A DNA stretch of 64,000 nt from the NCBI GenBank assembly GCA_963828195.1, contig CAWHDT010000007.1, positions 270,864 through 334,863 of the forward strand, given 5' to 3'. The position numbers and the translations under genes were made by a program. This DNA comes from Candidatus Bathyarchaeota archaeon (lineage in GTDB: Archaea; Thermoproteota; Bathyarchaeia; Bathyarchaeales; Bathycorpusculaceae). Shown piece by piece: positions 19,832 to 29,885 of the stretch (within the stretch, counting starts at the first letter, position 1; each line of letters opens with the position of its first letter). The notes under the pieces are model-generated. The model saw only the letters and a list, made by a program, of their open reading frames with translations, was not told where the DNA came from and ran no database searches.

Positions 19832-20662
19832 ATGTCGCCTGTGAAACCTATAAAAACTTTTAGGGATTTGCTGTCTTTCCTGACAATCATCTCTTGGGGC
19901 GGAAAAGAAGATTTCATATTCAACACAGCCGAACACATGTACCTGTTTCCTCTGATGGGCGCCTTCACAGGCCTGTTGGGTGCAGCTTACTTTGTTGGAG
20001 CAAACTACGTGGTTCGTTTCCTGCTTAGCTTAGCTAACATGGCTGCTGCGTTGCCGACTGGTTTGCTGACGAGGATTGCGGTGGCCGCTATGACTGTGGC
20101 GTTTCTTCTGGTTTTAACTGGACTTCAACATTTCGACGGCTTAATAGATTTGGGAAACGCGTTCGGAGTGAGAAATCTGCATGACAGAAAAATGGTTGCT
20201 CACGCTTGGACAGTGACGTATTGGGGGGCGCTTCTTGGTATAGCTGTGGAGTTCGCGGCTTTTGTAGGGCTGTTTTTCATTAACCCACTTTTTGCTTTCG
20301 GAGCCATAGTAGCCGCTGAAGTCTCAGCTAAACTCTCAATGGTGACGATTGTTTGGGCTGGGAAACCAGCGCATAAAGGGTTAGGCTCGATGTTTATTTC
20401 GAAAGCAAAAAAGAAACTTAACATCGTTGCTTATGTTCTTGCAGTTTTGATTGTTTACCCATTCTTCGCTTTCACAAGTAACCTTATTTTAGGTTTCGTT
20501 GCTGTCGCAGTGGTTTTAGTCAGCATTCCTGTGGCGTTTGTGATGAAGAAAATCGGGGAAAATGTTTTCGGCGGAGTTTCGGGCGACGTGATTGGAGCAA
20601 CTGACGAGGTGGCTAAGGCAGTTACGCTTATTTTGCTTGCCGCCGTGTTGGTGTTGATATGA
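19832..20662 (+). CDS. cobS: CobS paralog, copy 2
   Basis: SFLT, TGLQHFDGLIDLGNA, GGVSGDVIGATDE; several conserved acidic residues are altered. Confidence 0.8.
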   Translation: MSPVKPIKTFRDLLSFLTIISWGGKEDFIFNTAEHMYLFPLMGAFTGLLGAAYFVGANYVVRFLLSLANMAAALPTGLLTRIAVAAMTVAFLLVLTGLQHFDGLIDLGNAFGVRNLHDRKMVAHAWTVTYWGALLGIAVEFAAFVGLFFINPLFAFGAIVAAEVSAKLSMVTIVWAGKPAHKGLGSMFISKAKKKLNIVAYVLAVLIVYPFFAFTSNLILGFVAVAVVLVSIPVAFVMKKIGENVFGGVSGDVIGATDEVAKAVTLILLAAVLVLI

Positions 20663-21279
20663 AAGTTCCCGCTTTGATTATGGCTGGCGGAAAAGCAAAA
20701 CGCATGGGGTTGCCAGTGGAGAAGCCGCTTCTGCCTTTTTTAGGTAAACCGCTGATTGATTGGGTTGCTGAGGCTGTTGCTTATGCAGAGAAGGTCTCTG
20801 AGTTTTACGTTGTGACCAGCCAGAACACGCCTGAAACGGAGAAGCACTGCCAAAACAACGGGTGGAATGTATTGCGAACTGACGCCAAAGGCTACCACAA
20901 CGACCTAAAGCAAGCGGTTTTAAAGGCTGGTTTAATGGGGGCTGTGTTGACTATTCCAGCGGATTCCCCAGCTGTAACAGGCAAGTTTCTTGATAAAATC
21001 GTCAGTCAGTTTGAAGTCTGCGGCAGAGATTTCTACGCGGTTTTTGTTCCCATTGAAGTTCGGGAAAAACTGGGGCTTTCTGTGGATTCCACGGATGAGT
21101 TTAAGGGGGTGTGGTATGCTGTTTCGGGCGTCAATATTGTTAATGGCGCTAAAATTCAATGCGACGACAAAATTGAAACAGGTGCGTTAATCACGACGGA
21201 TTTGGAAGTGCTTCTAAACATTAACACGCTTAGGGATTTAGAAATTGCAGAGAAAATAATGAAAAATAACTTTGGATGA
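20659..21279 (+). CDS. cobY: CobY paralog (NTP transferase), copy 2
   Basis: ALIMAGGKAKRMG...EKPL...ADSP...NINTLRDL. Confidence 0.8.
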   Translation: MKVPALIMAGGKAKRMGLPVEKPLLPFLGKPLIDWVAEAVAYAEKVSEFYVVTSQNTPETEKHCQNNGWNVLRTDAKGYHNDLKQAVLKAGLMGAVLTIPADSPAVTGKFLDKIVSQFEVCGRDFYAVFVPIEVREKLGLSVDSTDEFKGVWYAVSGVNIVNGAKIQCDDKIETGALITTDLEVLLNINTLRDLEIAEKIMKNNFG

Positions 21280-21455
21280 TTTTGGTTACGAGTAGGCTTC
21301 AAACGATTGTTTCACAGTATGGAAATGTTTTTAGCATCTAAACTCTCGGCTGAACAAGAGCGAAAAACTTTGGGTTTAAGCCTGAACGGAGAAATATTTA
21401 ACATCAGCCCGCCTCCTACTTTACACCTGTCGCTGATTTAGGAGTTCGACTGCTG

Positions 21456-22874
21456 ATGAGTCTGCTTAGCCATGACACGTTCTGGAATGCTGTGATAACT
21501 CTGCCAATGACAAAAAAAATGCTGCGGGTGTCGCTGAAAAAATGCCCCGCATGCGGCAGAACTGTTCTTGAAGCAGCATTGGACGCTTACGCTGGAAAAA
21601 CCGAGCGGAACTGTGAAAAATGCAGCGTTTTGTATTCTCAGGTTATTGGTTTTTGGGTTGAATTTCTAAGAAGAAGCCTCAACATTAAACGTGAAAAAGT
21701 CGAGAAGCTCTTAGCTGACCCCTATGCGCGTCGCGCGGTATTAAACCTAACCAAAAGCTTCGCGTACATAGGCATAAAAAAGCCAATCTCACTTTACGCG
21801 CCCTTCCTAATCGTTTGGGATTTCACTCATAAATGCAACTTAAACTGCAAACACTGCTACTCAAACAGCGGCGCAGTCAACGAAGAAGAACTCACAACAA
21901 AACAAGCCGTTGCAGTGGTTGATCAACTTGCAGATGCTGGAGTGACAGCGCTAGCTTTTTCAGGCGGGGAACCGCTTAGCCGAAAAGACTTCTTTGAAGT
22001 TGCACGGCACGCCGCCGACCGCGGGCTCTACGTTTCTGTCGCCACAAACGGCACCTTGCTTACCAAAGAAACAGTGCAGAAACTCAAGCAAGCCAAAGTG
22101 AACTATTTGGACATCAGCATAGATGGGGCATCGGCTAAAACCCACGATGAATTTCGAGGTACACCCGGCTCTTTTGATAGAGCAGTTGCGGGGCTCAAGA
22201 ACTGTGTAGAAGCTGACTTATGCGTTTGCATAGCCACGACGGCAACGAAGAGCAATTTTGAAGAGATGCCAGCAATCATTGATTTAGCCGAAGAGGTAGG
22301 TGCTGAGCGGTTTACTTACTTCAACTTTATTCCAACAGGAAGAGGCAAAGCGCATTACGATCAAGACCTCTCTCCTGAAGAACGGGAAAAACTCATGCGG
22401 TACCTGCTTGCGAGGATGTCTAAGGGCTGCAAAACAACCATCCTAACCACAGCGCCCCAGCTTGCCCGCGTCGGACTGCAATGTCAAGGAGCAGGAGGCA
22501 CGGGAGAAGTAACTATGTCTATGGCGCACATGCAAACGGTTAAGGTCACCAAAAAAGCGGTACCTCTAGCAGATTTTATAGGCGGATGCGGCGCAGGAAG
22601 ATTATACTGTTCCCTTTCACCTCAAGGCGATGTTCACCCATGCGTTTTTTTGCCAGTAAATGTTGGTAACCTCAAAAACGAAAATTTCCAGGACATCTGG
22701 TTAAACTCACCGCTCTTCAAAGCCTTACGCGACAGAGGCAACCTGAAAGGAGCCTGCGGAAGCTGCAACTACAAGTTTATTTGCGGCGGATGCAGAGCCC
22801 GCTCAGCAGCTTATCATAACGGCGACATGTTCAATTCGGATCCCGGATGCATAATGGGAGTAAAAGGTGCTTAA
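21456..22874 (+). CDS. Radical SAM/SPASM protein, Gms (GMGT synthase)-like
   Basis: PFLIVWDFTHKCNLNCKHC, GGEP, GGCGAGR...PC...CGSC..ICGGCRAR..DPGC SPASM; Cys-containing N-terminal extension. Confidence 0.75.
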   Translation: MSLLSHDTFWNAVITLPMTKKMLRVSLKKCPACGRTVLEAALDAYAGKTERNCEKCSVLYSQVIGFWVEFLRRSLNIKREKVEKLLADPYARRAVLNLTKSFAYIGIKKPISLYAPFLIVWDFTHKCNLNCKHCYSNSGAVNEEELTTKQAVAVVDQLADAGVTALAFSGGEPLSRKDFFEVARHAADRGLYVSVATNGTLLTKETVQKLKQAKVNYLDISIDGASAKTHDEFRGTPGSFDRAVAGLKNCVEADLCVCIATTATKSNFEEMPAIIDLAEEVGAERFTYFNFIPTGRGKAHYDQDLSPEEREKLMRYLLARMSKGCKTTILTTAPQLARVGLQCQGAGGTGEVTMSMAHMQTVKVTKKAVPLADFIGGCGAGRLYCSLSPQGDVHPCVFLPVNVGNLKNENFQDIWLNSPLFKALRDRGNLKGACGSCNYKFICGGCRARSAAYHNGDMFNSDPGCIMGVKGA

Positions 22875-22876
22875 GG

Positions 22877-23836
22877 GTGCCTAACCCACAAAAAACCGTT
22901 AAAATTTTCCGTGCAAAAGACGATGTAACCGATATTGTAAAGGAAGCCGTCGCAAATTCAGGGTTAAAGGGCAAACACAAAATTTTCGTTAAGCCAAACT
23001 TGAGTCACCCAGAATATCTGCCGGGGGTTGTTACGAGCCCCAAGTTGATAGGTCAAGTCGTCGGTTTGCTGCGGGATGGAAGCAGCGAAGTTATTGTGGG
23101 CGAATCGAACGGCTTCAATTACCCCTGCTGGACAGCTTTCGATAAAACAGGCGTCGAAGCAGCGGTGAAAGCGGCAGGTGGCGAAGTCATTAACCTCTCT
23201 GAAGACAAAGTCGTCGAAGTGAAATTCCAGGGCGACACTCCATTGAAGCGGCTGTTTCTGCCCAAAACCGTCCTTGAGGCTGACGCCGTGGTGGATTTGC
23301 CCTTGATGAAAACTCATGAGTTCATGGCTTACAGCGGCGCCATCAAAAACCTGTTCGGCTGCGTGCCCAGCAACAAACGCATCTACTTGCATCCTTACTT
23401 GCCTGAAGTATTCTATCGTCTATACACCTTATTCAAGCCGCAACTAACCATTATGGACGCGCGTACGGGAATCGAAGGCAACGGCCCGACCAAAGGCAAA
23501 CCCGTCAAAATGGGGCTGATGCTAACAGGCGACGATGCGTTAGCTTTAGACATAGTTGCAGCCAAAGTTATGATGATGGATTGGAAAGAAACATATCTGG
23601 GCTACATCGCAGACAAAACAGGCTTGCATGAAGACGACATCAAAGTTGAGGGCTTGCAAATTGCCACGGTTGAGCATAGATTTGAGCCACCCAGAATCGA
23701 TTTGCCCGTAAAAGCACAAATGAAAATCTACCAACATGAGTACCTAACGAAAATGCTATTTTGCTCATTGGATATCGTTAAGCTGTTCCAGAAAATAACC
23801 GTTGCCTATCGCCAAGAGCCTGCTCAGACGGCTTAG
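22877..23836 (+). CDS. DUF362 family (Fe-S) protein
   Basis: VKPN, GVVTSP, PLMKTH, GAIKNLFGC, GIEGNGP; GTG at 22877 is a probable start. Confidence 0.85.
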   Translation: MPNPQKTVKIFRAKDDVTDIVKEAVANSGLKGKHKIFVKPNLSHPEYLPGVVTSPKLIGQVVGLLRDGSSEVIVGESNGFNYPCWTAFDKTGVEAAVKAAGGEVINLSEDKVVEVKFQGDTPLKRLFLPKTVLEADAVVDLPLMKTHEFMAYSGAIKNLFGCVPSNKRIYLHPYLPEVFYRLYTLFKPQLTIMDARTGIEGNGPTKGKPVKMGLMLTGDDALALDIVAAKVMMMDWKETYLGYIADKTGLHEDDIKVEGLQIATVEHRFEPPRIDLPVKAQMKIYQHEYLTKMLFCSLDIVKLFQKITVAYRQEPAQTA

Positions 23837-23887
23837 CCCTGATTAAAATAGTTAACAGCACAAGTGAAACAAATAATAACGTTAACC

Positions 23888-24247
23888 TTAAGCGGATGCG
23901 GCTTTTTTTCCATTCATCTTGGCTAAAGCCTCAACTATTAAATGTTGAACTTCGGGTAACCGTTCTTTAATCGTCTTCCAAACAACATCCAACTGGACGC
24001 CAAAATATCCATGTATTAACTTGTCTCTCATTCCAGCCATGTCTCGCCAAGGCACTTTAGGGTACTCATGCCTTACTGCTAAAGGAATGTGCTTGGTTGC
24101 TTCACCGATAATCTCGAAATTTCTTATTACAGCATCAACTGTTTTTTTATCGCTAACAAACTCCTCATAAGTAAGGTCTTTTGTGTATGCTGTTATGCTG
24201 TTTATGGCGTCAATTATATCTTCAACGTAAACTTGAAAATCTCTCAA
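23888..24247 (-). CDS. HEPN (DUF86) toxin
   Basis: [22 protein letters not shown] (RX4H/HxY). Confidence 0.92.
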   Translation of the reverse strand: MRDFQVYVEDIIDAINSITAYTKDLTYEEFVSDKKTVDAVIRNFEIIGEATKHIPLAVRHEYPKVPWRDMAGMRDKLIHGYFGVQLDVVWKTIKERLPEVQHLIVEALAKMNGKKAASA

Positions 24248-24537
24248 ATGTAAACAGCCTCGCTTAAAATTCGCTCCTTCAGGCGAGGCTTAATCCCCTC
24301 TTTCATAACAAGGTCAACTTTAACTCCTAAAATATCGCTCAGGTAATTTTCAAGCTCAACAAATGTAAAGAGGTCAATTGTTTCGTAAAAAGTAACCAAA
24401 ACATCTACATCGCTTTTCTTATTTTGCTCTTGTCTGACGTAAGACCCAAAAATCCCAATTTCTTTTACCTTAAATTTTTTCCCCAACTCTTCTTTATTCA
24501 AAGCCAAAGTCACCTTTAGCTTTTCTAATGTTTGCAT
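24244..24537 (-). CDS. Minimal nucleotidyltransferase (MNT) antitoxin
   Basis: IFGSYVR...SDVDVLV...VDLV; start MQTLEK at 24537. Confidence 0.9.
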   Translation of the reverse strand: MQTLEKLKVTLALNKEELGKKFKVKEIGIFGSYVRQEQNKKSDVDVLVTFYETIDLFTFVELENYLSDILGVKVDLVMKEGIKPRLKERILSEAVYI

Positions 24538-24696
24538 TTTGATCGAAATAAGATTAGAGTATTCACCTTTTAAAGGATGTTGGGAATGTGATTGTTTCAG
24601 ATGCCGACTATGAGCGTCTTGACCGCAAATAAGACGAGGTTTGTCTGCAAAACGTCTCAATAATTAGGAAAGAATGATTTGCCACAAAAACTGTCT

Positions 24697-25896
24697 TCAG
24701 CGTAGGGCTTCATCGTAGACTTTCACGGCATCTTTAACCACTATTCGCCAGTCAAATCGTTCAAGGATTGTTTTTCTGGCAAGATGTCCCATCTCGGCGG
24801 CTTCAGCTGGATGCTCAAGCAAATACAGTATTTTATCGGCGAACTGTTTGGGGCTGAATGGTTTAACCAAGAACCCGTTTTTGCCGCTTTCAATCGTTTC
24901 AGGAATCCCGCCCACTTTGGTTGTTACCACGGGCAAACCCGTTGAAAGCGCCTCCAAAACGGCGAAGGGATGATGCTCATAGAATGTGGAAAAAGCGAAA
25001 ACATCAGCGGCTTGGTAGAGTTTGGGAAGTTTTTTGTCGGGATAGTACCCAGTGAAGATTATGCTGTCTTTTACCCCGAGTCTCTCTGCGTGAGCGATGA
25101 GTTTGTGCATTTCGTCGCTTTGTCCCTTGCCTGAAATAATGAATTTTGCGTTTTTGAACCGCTTAACCACGGTGGGCATGCTTTCTATCAGGGTAAACAA
25201 GCCTTTGCGCGCGTAGAGCCGCCCAACTGAGACGATGGCTAAATCATCTGGGCTAAAGCCCAGCTCCTGCTTGATTTTACGTTTATCTTTGGCTGGCTGA
25301 AACTTGGTGGTGTCGATGCCGTTGTGGATAACCTGGATTTTATTGGCAGGGATCTTGTAGTAGTTTGTGAGTTCCCATTTGGTGAAGTTGCTTACAGCGA
25401 TGATTCTGCGTGCCCTATGCAGCATGCCTTCCTCAAAAAACCGCAAAAACCAGTTAAAGCTCACAAGGAACTTTTCGTTAGCGTTCAAGCGGCTGTAGGG
25501 TTCCCCCCGGATGGCGTCTGCCTCGCCCTTCCAGGTAGAGTGGACAGTGCAGACAAGGGTTTTTCCAAAGTTAGGCGGCACCGCAAAGTTTGGCGTCAGC
25601 GGGAGCTGGGGATGGGTGATGTCAACGGCTGCGGTGTCGCTGATGCTTTGGAGCTTGCGGTAGCTTGCGCCTGCAAGCATGAATGATTTGATTATAGGTG
25701 TTTTGGGGATTTTAAGGAAAGAAACGTCTAGTTGCGGGTTCACTTGGATGTCTTGGGCTTGGTTGCCTCCTGTGACCACGTAGATTTTGTAGCCGTTTTT
25801 GAGGAGTTCGTTAGAGAGGTAGTAAACGTAGGATCCTGTGCCGCCTGTAAGTGGCCAGTACTCGGGAGATATGAAGCAGACTTTAGGCGGCGTCAC
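24697..25896 (-). CDS. GT4 glycosyltransferase
   Basis: PLTGGTG, HNGID, GRLYARKG, EHHPFAVLEALSTG. Confidence 0.9.
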   Translation of the reverse strand: MTPPKVCFISPEYWPLTGGTGSYVYYLSNELLKNGYKIYVVTGGNQAQDIQVNPQLDVSFLKIPKTPIIKSFMLAGASYRKLQSISDTAAVDITHPQLPLTPNFAVPPNFGKTLVCTVHSTWKGEADAIRGEPYSRLNANEKFLVSFNWFLRFFEEGMLHRARRIIAVSNFTKWELTNYYKIPANKIQVIHNGIDTTKFQPAKDKRKIKQELGFSPDDLAIVSVGRLYARKGLFTLIESMPTVVKRFKNAKFIISGKGQSDEMHKLIAHAERLGVKDSIIFTGYYPDKKLPKLYQAADVFAFSTFYEHHPFAVLEALSTGLPVVTTKVGGIPETIESGKNGFLVKPFSPKQFADKILYLLEHPAEAAEMGHLARKTILERFDWRIVVKDAVKVYDEALR

Positions 25897-26882
25897 TTGC
25901 CCCTCCCAGTCAGGTACTGAATGGTGGTTGTCGCTGCGCCGACGAACCAGGCAAACGCCCGAACAAAATAAAGCACGACCAATCGGAAGGCAACCTTATC
26001 ATGAAATTTGACGACAATTTTGGCGGCTGAGTAAACGAAGTAAACAAACATTAAGACTAAAATTAAGCCTGAAACATACCATAAAGGTCTAAGAAGTCCA
26101 ATGATTCCCAGGAGGAAAGACAGGATGACGGTTAACAGCAGCACGGGCTGAATGTTCATGCTGAAATCGGTGATTTCGTCGCCCTTAGCCAAGCGCGAAT
26201 GTTTAAAATAAAGTTTCAAAGTGTTTTTTCCATACTGCAGCTGCTGACGATAATAAGCTCCAAGAGTGGGTCTGTTGTAGTGGTAGCAAACCGCGTTTGG
26301 TTCATAAGCGATTTTGTAGCCTTTAGCGCTTATCCTAAAACCCAAGTCTGTGTCATATTGGCTTGGCAGGTTTTCATCCCAGCCGCCAACCGCCTCGACA
26401 ACCGCCCTTTTAAGCAGCAAATTCATGGTGGCTATGCGGCTTGTGTATTTTCCGATGCGGCTGTAGCGGTTTTTAATTTCGTAACCGATGCTTTTTGCCC
26501 AAGGATTATCAGCGTTCCATGTTTCTATGCTGCCGCTGACTCCCGCCACCCGCGGTTCTTCCAAGTGGGGCACAAGCTTTTTTAGCCATTGCGATTCCAC
26601 CTTGGCATCTGAATCTATGAAGCCAAGAACTGGATAAGCAGCGATTTTCATTGCGTAGTTGTAGGCTGCGGGAGCGTTTAAGCGGATAGAGATAACTTTA
26701 ACGGGGAAATTTTGTGCTAATTTGACCGTACCGTCTTTTGAGCCGCCGTCAATAACAATAACTTCAATGAAGCCCACGGGGTACTCCAGCGCCAGAATCG
26801 ATTTGAGGCATTCCTCGATTGTTTGTTCATTATTGTAGGCTGCAACGATGATTGAAACTTTAGGGTATGCGTCGCCTTCCAA
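25893..26882 (-). CDS. GT2 glycosyltransferase with C-terminal TM helices
   Basis: SIIVAAYN, DGGSKDGT, IDSD, DTDL, QQLQY, hydrophobic C-terminus. Confidence 0.88.
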   Translation of the reverse strand: MEGDAYPKVSIIVAAYNNEQTIEECLKSILALEYPVGFIEVIVIDGGSKDGTVKLAQNFPVKVISIRLNAPAAYNYAMKIAAYPVLGFIDSDAKVESQWLKKLVPHLEEPRVAGVSGSIETWNADNPWAKSIGYEIKNRYSRIGKYTSRIATMNLLLKRAVVEAVGGWDENLPSQYDTDLGFRISAKGYKIAYEPNAVCYHYNRPTLGAYYRQQLQYGKNTLKLYFKHSRLAKGDEITDFSMNIQPVLLLTVILSFLLGIIGLLRPLWYVSGLILVLMFVYFVYSAAKIVVKFHDKVAFRLVVLYFVRAFAWFVGAATTTIQYLTGRGK

Positions 26883-26887
26883 CTTGC

Positions 26888-27586
26888 TTAAACCCTCATG
26901 TAAGCTGAAACTATCGATAGGAGAATTTTGAAGCCGTCAACCATCGGGTCAACTCCAGAACGACCGTAGGTCCGCTGCTCAAAGCTTATCGGAACCTCTG
27001 TGACTCTAAATTTTTTTTTGGCGGTTTTTACAAGCATTTCGGACTCTATCTCATACCCGCCTGACTTTAGCTTTGGGGTTTTCACCACTTCCCTTTTCAT
27101 GGCGCGGTAGCCTGATTGAGAATCAGTTATGGCCACTCCGGTTAGCATCTGGATGAAATAGTTGAATATTCGCACGCCAAAAGCGTTGAGTCGCCGTGCA
27201 GCCACGCGCTTGTGATTTAGATATCTTGAGCCGATAACGAGGTCCGCCTTGTCTTGCATAATGGGCGCAAGCACTTTCGGAAGCTCTTCAGGTTCATGTG
27301 AGCCGTCGGAGTCTATTGTGACTATTATGTCACCTTTTGCTTTGGCGAAACCTGCACGCAACGCATAGCCTTTGCCCATGTGCTTTTTTAAAGTGTAGAT
27401 TTTAGCGCTGTGTTTTTTAGCTAAGTCCAGCGATTTATCGCGTGAGCAGTCATCTACAACTATAACTTCGTTTTTTAAGCCTGTTTGCTGCGCCACCGTT
27501 TTTACACGGTCGATTATGTTGCCTATGGTTAATTCCTCGTTGTAAACGGGAATTATTATGGAAAGCAGCATTTTCTCTTGGCTCAT
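26888..27586 (-). CDS. GT2 glycosyltransferase (DPM synthase-like)
   Basis: IIPVYNEE, VDDCSRD, DSDGSH, DSQSGYRA. Confidence 0.9.
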   Translation of the reverse strand: MSQEKMLLSIIIPVYNEELTIGNIIDRVKTVAQQTGLKNEVIVVDDCSRDKSLDLAKKHSAKIYTLKKHMGKGYALRAGFAKAKGDIIVTIDSDGSHEPEELPKVLAPIMQDKADLVIGSRYLNHKRVAARRLNAFGVRIFNYFIQMLTGVAITDSQSGYRAMKREVVKTPKLKSGGYEIESEMLVKTAKKKFRVTEVPISFEQRTYGRSGVDPMVDGFKILLSIVSAYMRV

Positions 27587-27670
27587 TAGCTTTTAGATGC
27601 CAATGGAAGAGCTTATAAAGTTTGGGTGCTCCAACCTTGTCAGCACTTTAATGGGTAATTCGGGGTTTAC

Positions 27671-28225
27671 ATGGAAACCACTACGCAAAGCAAAGTTGGC
27701 TACGACAGGAAAATGTGGTTTTCCATGTGGTTCTTGGCGGCGATTGTTACTTTTGGAGTGGCGTTTTTCCCAATGTTCTACCGCCTCGTTAACGGCAGAA
27801 ACAAGCATTTTCGGCATGAAGTTGAGTTTGAGAAAACGGTTACTGATTACTTGAAAACCAAGGGAAAGCAGCCGCCGCTGGTAAGCGAGCGTTTTGCAGA
27901 AAGAAATGCAGGGGTGTGGGCTGTCAGCATCGTTTTGGTAGTTCCAGTTTTTGTTATCGTTTACTTGCTATCCAGAGATTTACTTGTGCATGAGCGAAAC
28001 CAAGACGCTTTTCTTGCCGCTGCTTTTCCAGAAAGGATGTTCATGACTCAGAAGATACCGATAAAAACTTATGTTTTAATCACAGTTGTTACGTTGGGCG
28101 TGGGGGTCGTTTACTGGCTGTATAAGGTTGTTAACTTGTATAACGCTCACTTTAAAGCTCAGTTGCAGGTTGAATTAGAAGCAGGTAGGCTGATGGAGGA
28201 AGAGAAAGTTGGCGGACAAATGTAA
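27671..28225 (+). CDS. Membrane protein (DUF4234-like)
   Basis: Repeated IVTFG/VVTLGVGVVYWLYK helices followed by N-x-HF. Confidence 0.55.
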   Translation: METTTQSKVGYDRKMWFSMWFLAAIVTFGVAFFPMFYRLVNGRNKHFRHEVEFEKTVTDYLKTKGKQPPLVSERFAERNAGVWAVSIVLVVPVFVIVYLLSRDLLVHERNQDAFLAAAFPERMFMTQKIPIKTYVLITVVTLGVGVVYWLYKVVNLYNAHFKAQLQVELEAGRLMEEEKVGGQM

Positions 28226-29330
28226 AGAACGCAGATTCATTAGCCATGGCGGAGACATTTGGGGTTTTAGCCGAAAATACAATGTGCCACTTGAAGAAGT
28301 GCTTGAGTTCAGCGGACCAATCAATTTTCTGGGTCCTTCGCCTAAAGCTGTTGAAGCTGTGAAGCAATATGCAAAGTTGATAAAGTTCTACCCTGACCCT
28401 AACCCAGTTGAGTTTAAAGAAGAAGTTGCAAAGTACGTGGGCAACGGCGTTGAAGAAGAAAACATCATTTTAGGCAACGGCTCAATCGAGCTGATTTACG
28501 CGATTTCAGAGATTTTACCCCGCGGCTTCAACGCGGTTATTCCAGTTCCCTCATTCTCGGAGTATGAGAGAGCAGCTTTAAGAGTCGGCAGCAAACCGGT
28601 TTTTGTTCAGTTGCCCCAAAATTTTGCGTTGGAAACCGAGAAAATCAAGAAGGCGGTAACTGGCGACACAAAAATAATGTGCATCTGCAACCCGCACAGC
28701 CCCTCGGGAACGCTGTACAGCAAAGAAGCGGTTTTGGAGCTTGTGGATTTCTGCCACAAAAAAGACATAATCTTTAGCGTCAACGAGAACTACATCGAGT
28801 TTGCAGATAAAGGACAAGAAACCACTTTAGCTGGCTTGACAAAGGAGTACGAGAATCTCTTTGTTATCAGGTCGGTGACAAAATTTTACGGCATGGCAGG
28901 CATACGCTTAGGCTACGGCATAGCAGCGCCAAACCTGGTTGAGAAGCTGGAAAACGTTAGGCTGCCATGGAGCATCAACGGCCTCGCAAGCTGCGCCACG
29001 CTTGCAGCGTTCAACGACGCCGACTTCATCGAAAACACCAAGAAAACAATCGCCAAAGAACGTGCAACCCTCGCAGAGAGCCTAGGCGAAATTGAAGGCT
29101 TACACGTTTATCCGTCCGTAACAAATTTTCTGCTCGTAAAAATCCAAAACCGCAAAATCACATCCACCAAACTGAAAGATGAGCTTGCTCAGCGCCGCAT
29201 GTTAATCCGCGACTGCTGCACCTTCATGGGTTTAGACGACACCTACTTCAGAATAACAGTTCGATCAGCCAAAGACAACAAAAAACTAACAGAAACAATA
29301 AAAGAAATTCTTGAAAAAACCGAACACTAA
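28209..29330 (+). CDS. cobD: L-threonine-O-3-phosphate decarboxylase CobD / HisC-like PLP enzyme
   Basis: HGG, FSGPINFLGP, YPD, GNGS, CNPHSPSG, RSVTKFYGMAGIRLGY. Confidence 0.8.
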   Translation: MADKCKERRFISHGGDIWGFSRKYNVPLEEVLEFSGPINFLGPSPKAVEAVKQYAKLIKFYPDPNPVEFKEEVAKYVGNGVEEENIILGNGSIELIYAISEILPRGFNAVIPVPSFSEYERAALRVGSKPVFVQLPQNFALETEKIKKAVTGDTKIMCICNPHSPSGTLYSKEAVLELVDFCHKKDIIFSVNENYIEFADKGQETTLAGLTKEYENLFVIRSVTKFYGMAGIRLGYGIAAPNLVEKLENVRLPWSINGLASCATLAAFNDADFIENTKKTIAKERATLAESLGEIEGLHVYPSVTNFLLVKIQNRKITSTKLKDELAQRRMLIRDCCTFMGLDDTYFRITVRSAKDNKKLTETIKEILEKTEH

Positions 29331-29408
29331 AATTTACGCTGATTCAATCAAAAAACCCAATTGCTCCTTCTGCGGCAGCTTTGTAGCCGTCTATGTAATT
29401 GTGGTTGA

Positions 29409-29780
29409 TTGCTTTTTTATGGCAATGTTGATAAACCAAGTTTGCGCCTAAACATTAGAAAGGCCGGAGTTGAGTACTTGGTTGACAAACAAGCTGATGA
29501 TAACTTGCCCCTTAACGTTGTTTGGCTCTGCGGGGGAACAACTGCAGACATAACTCCGGCGCAACCCGTAAAATTCAACATGGACGAAGCGTACGAAAAA
29601 ATCAAGAAACACAATGTCGAAATCAGAGTAAGGTCTCAGATGGTTTTGATTTTTGTTTACATGAAAATGGATGTAAGCCTCTTTAACGGAGGGCGGATGC
29701 TAATAAAAAACGTGACTGACAAAGATGTGTCTCTGAGAGCTTACCGCGAAATTCTAAAAACGATCGATATAAATTTATAA
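29409..29780 (+). CDS. Hypothetical protein, loosely resembling the ThiF/MoeB C-terminal domain
   Basis: LCGGTTADI...SLFNGGRMLIKNV pattern; start uncertain. Confidence 0.4.
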   Translation: MLFYGNVDKPSLRLNIRKAGVEYLVDKQADDNLPLNVVWLCGGTTADITPAQPVKFNMDEAYEKIKKHNVEIRVRSQMVLIFVYMKMDVSLFNGGRMLIKNVTDKDVSLRAYREILKTIDINL

Positions 29781-29885
29781 AACTCAAAAAAGCGTATTCC
29801 GCGCTCCTTCCATTGAATCCACGCGATGAGGGTCAGTTAATTTGGCTTAGACGGCTTAATTCTTCGCGAAGTCGATTTTTTCTGG

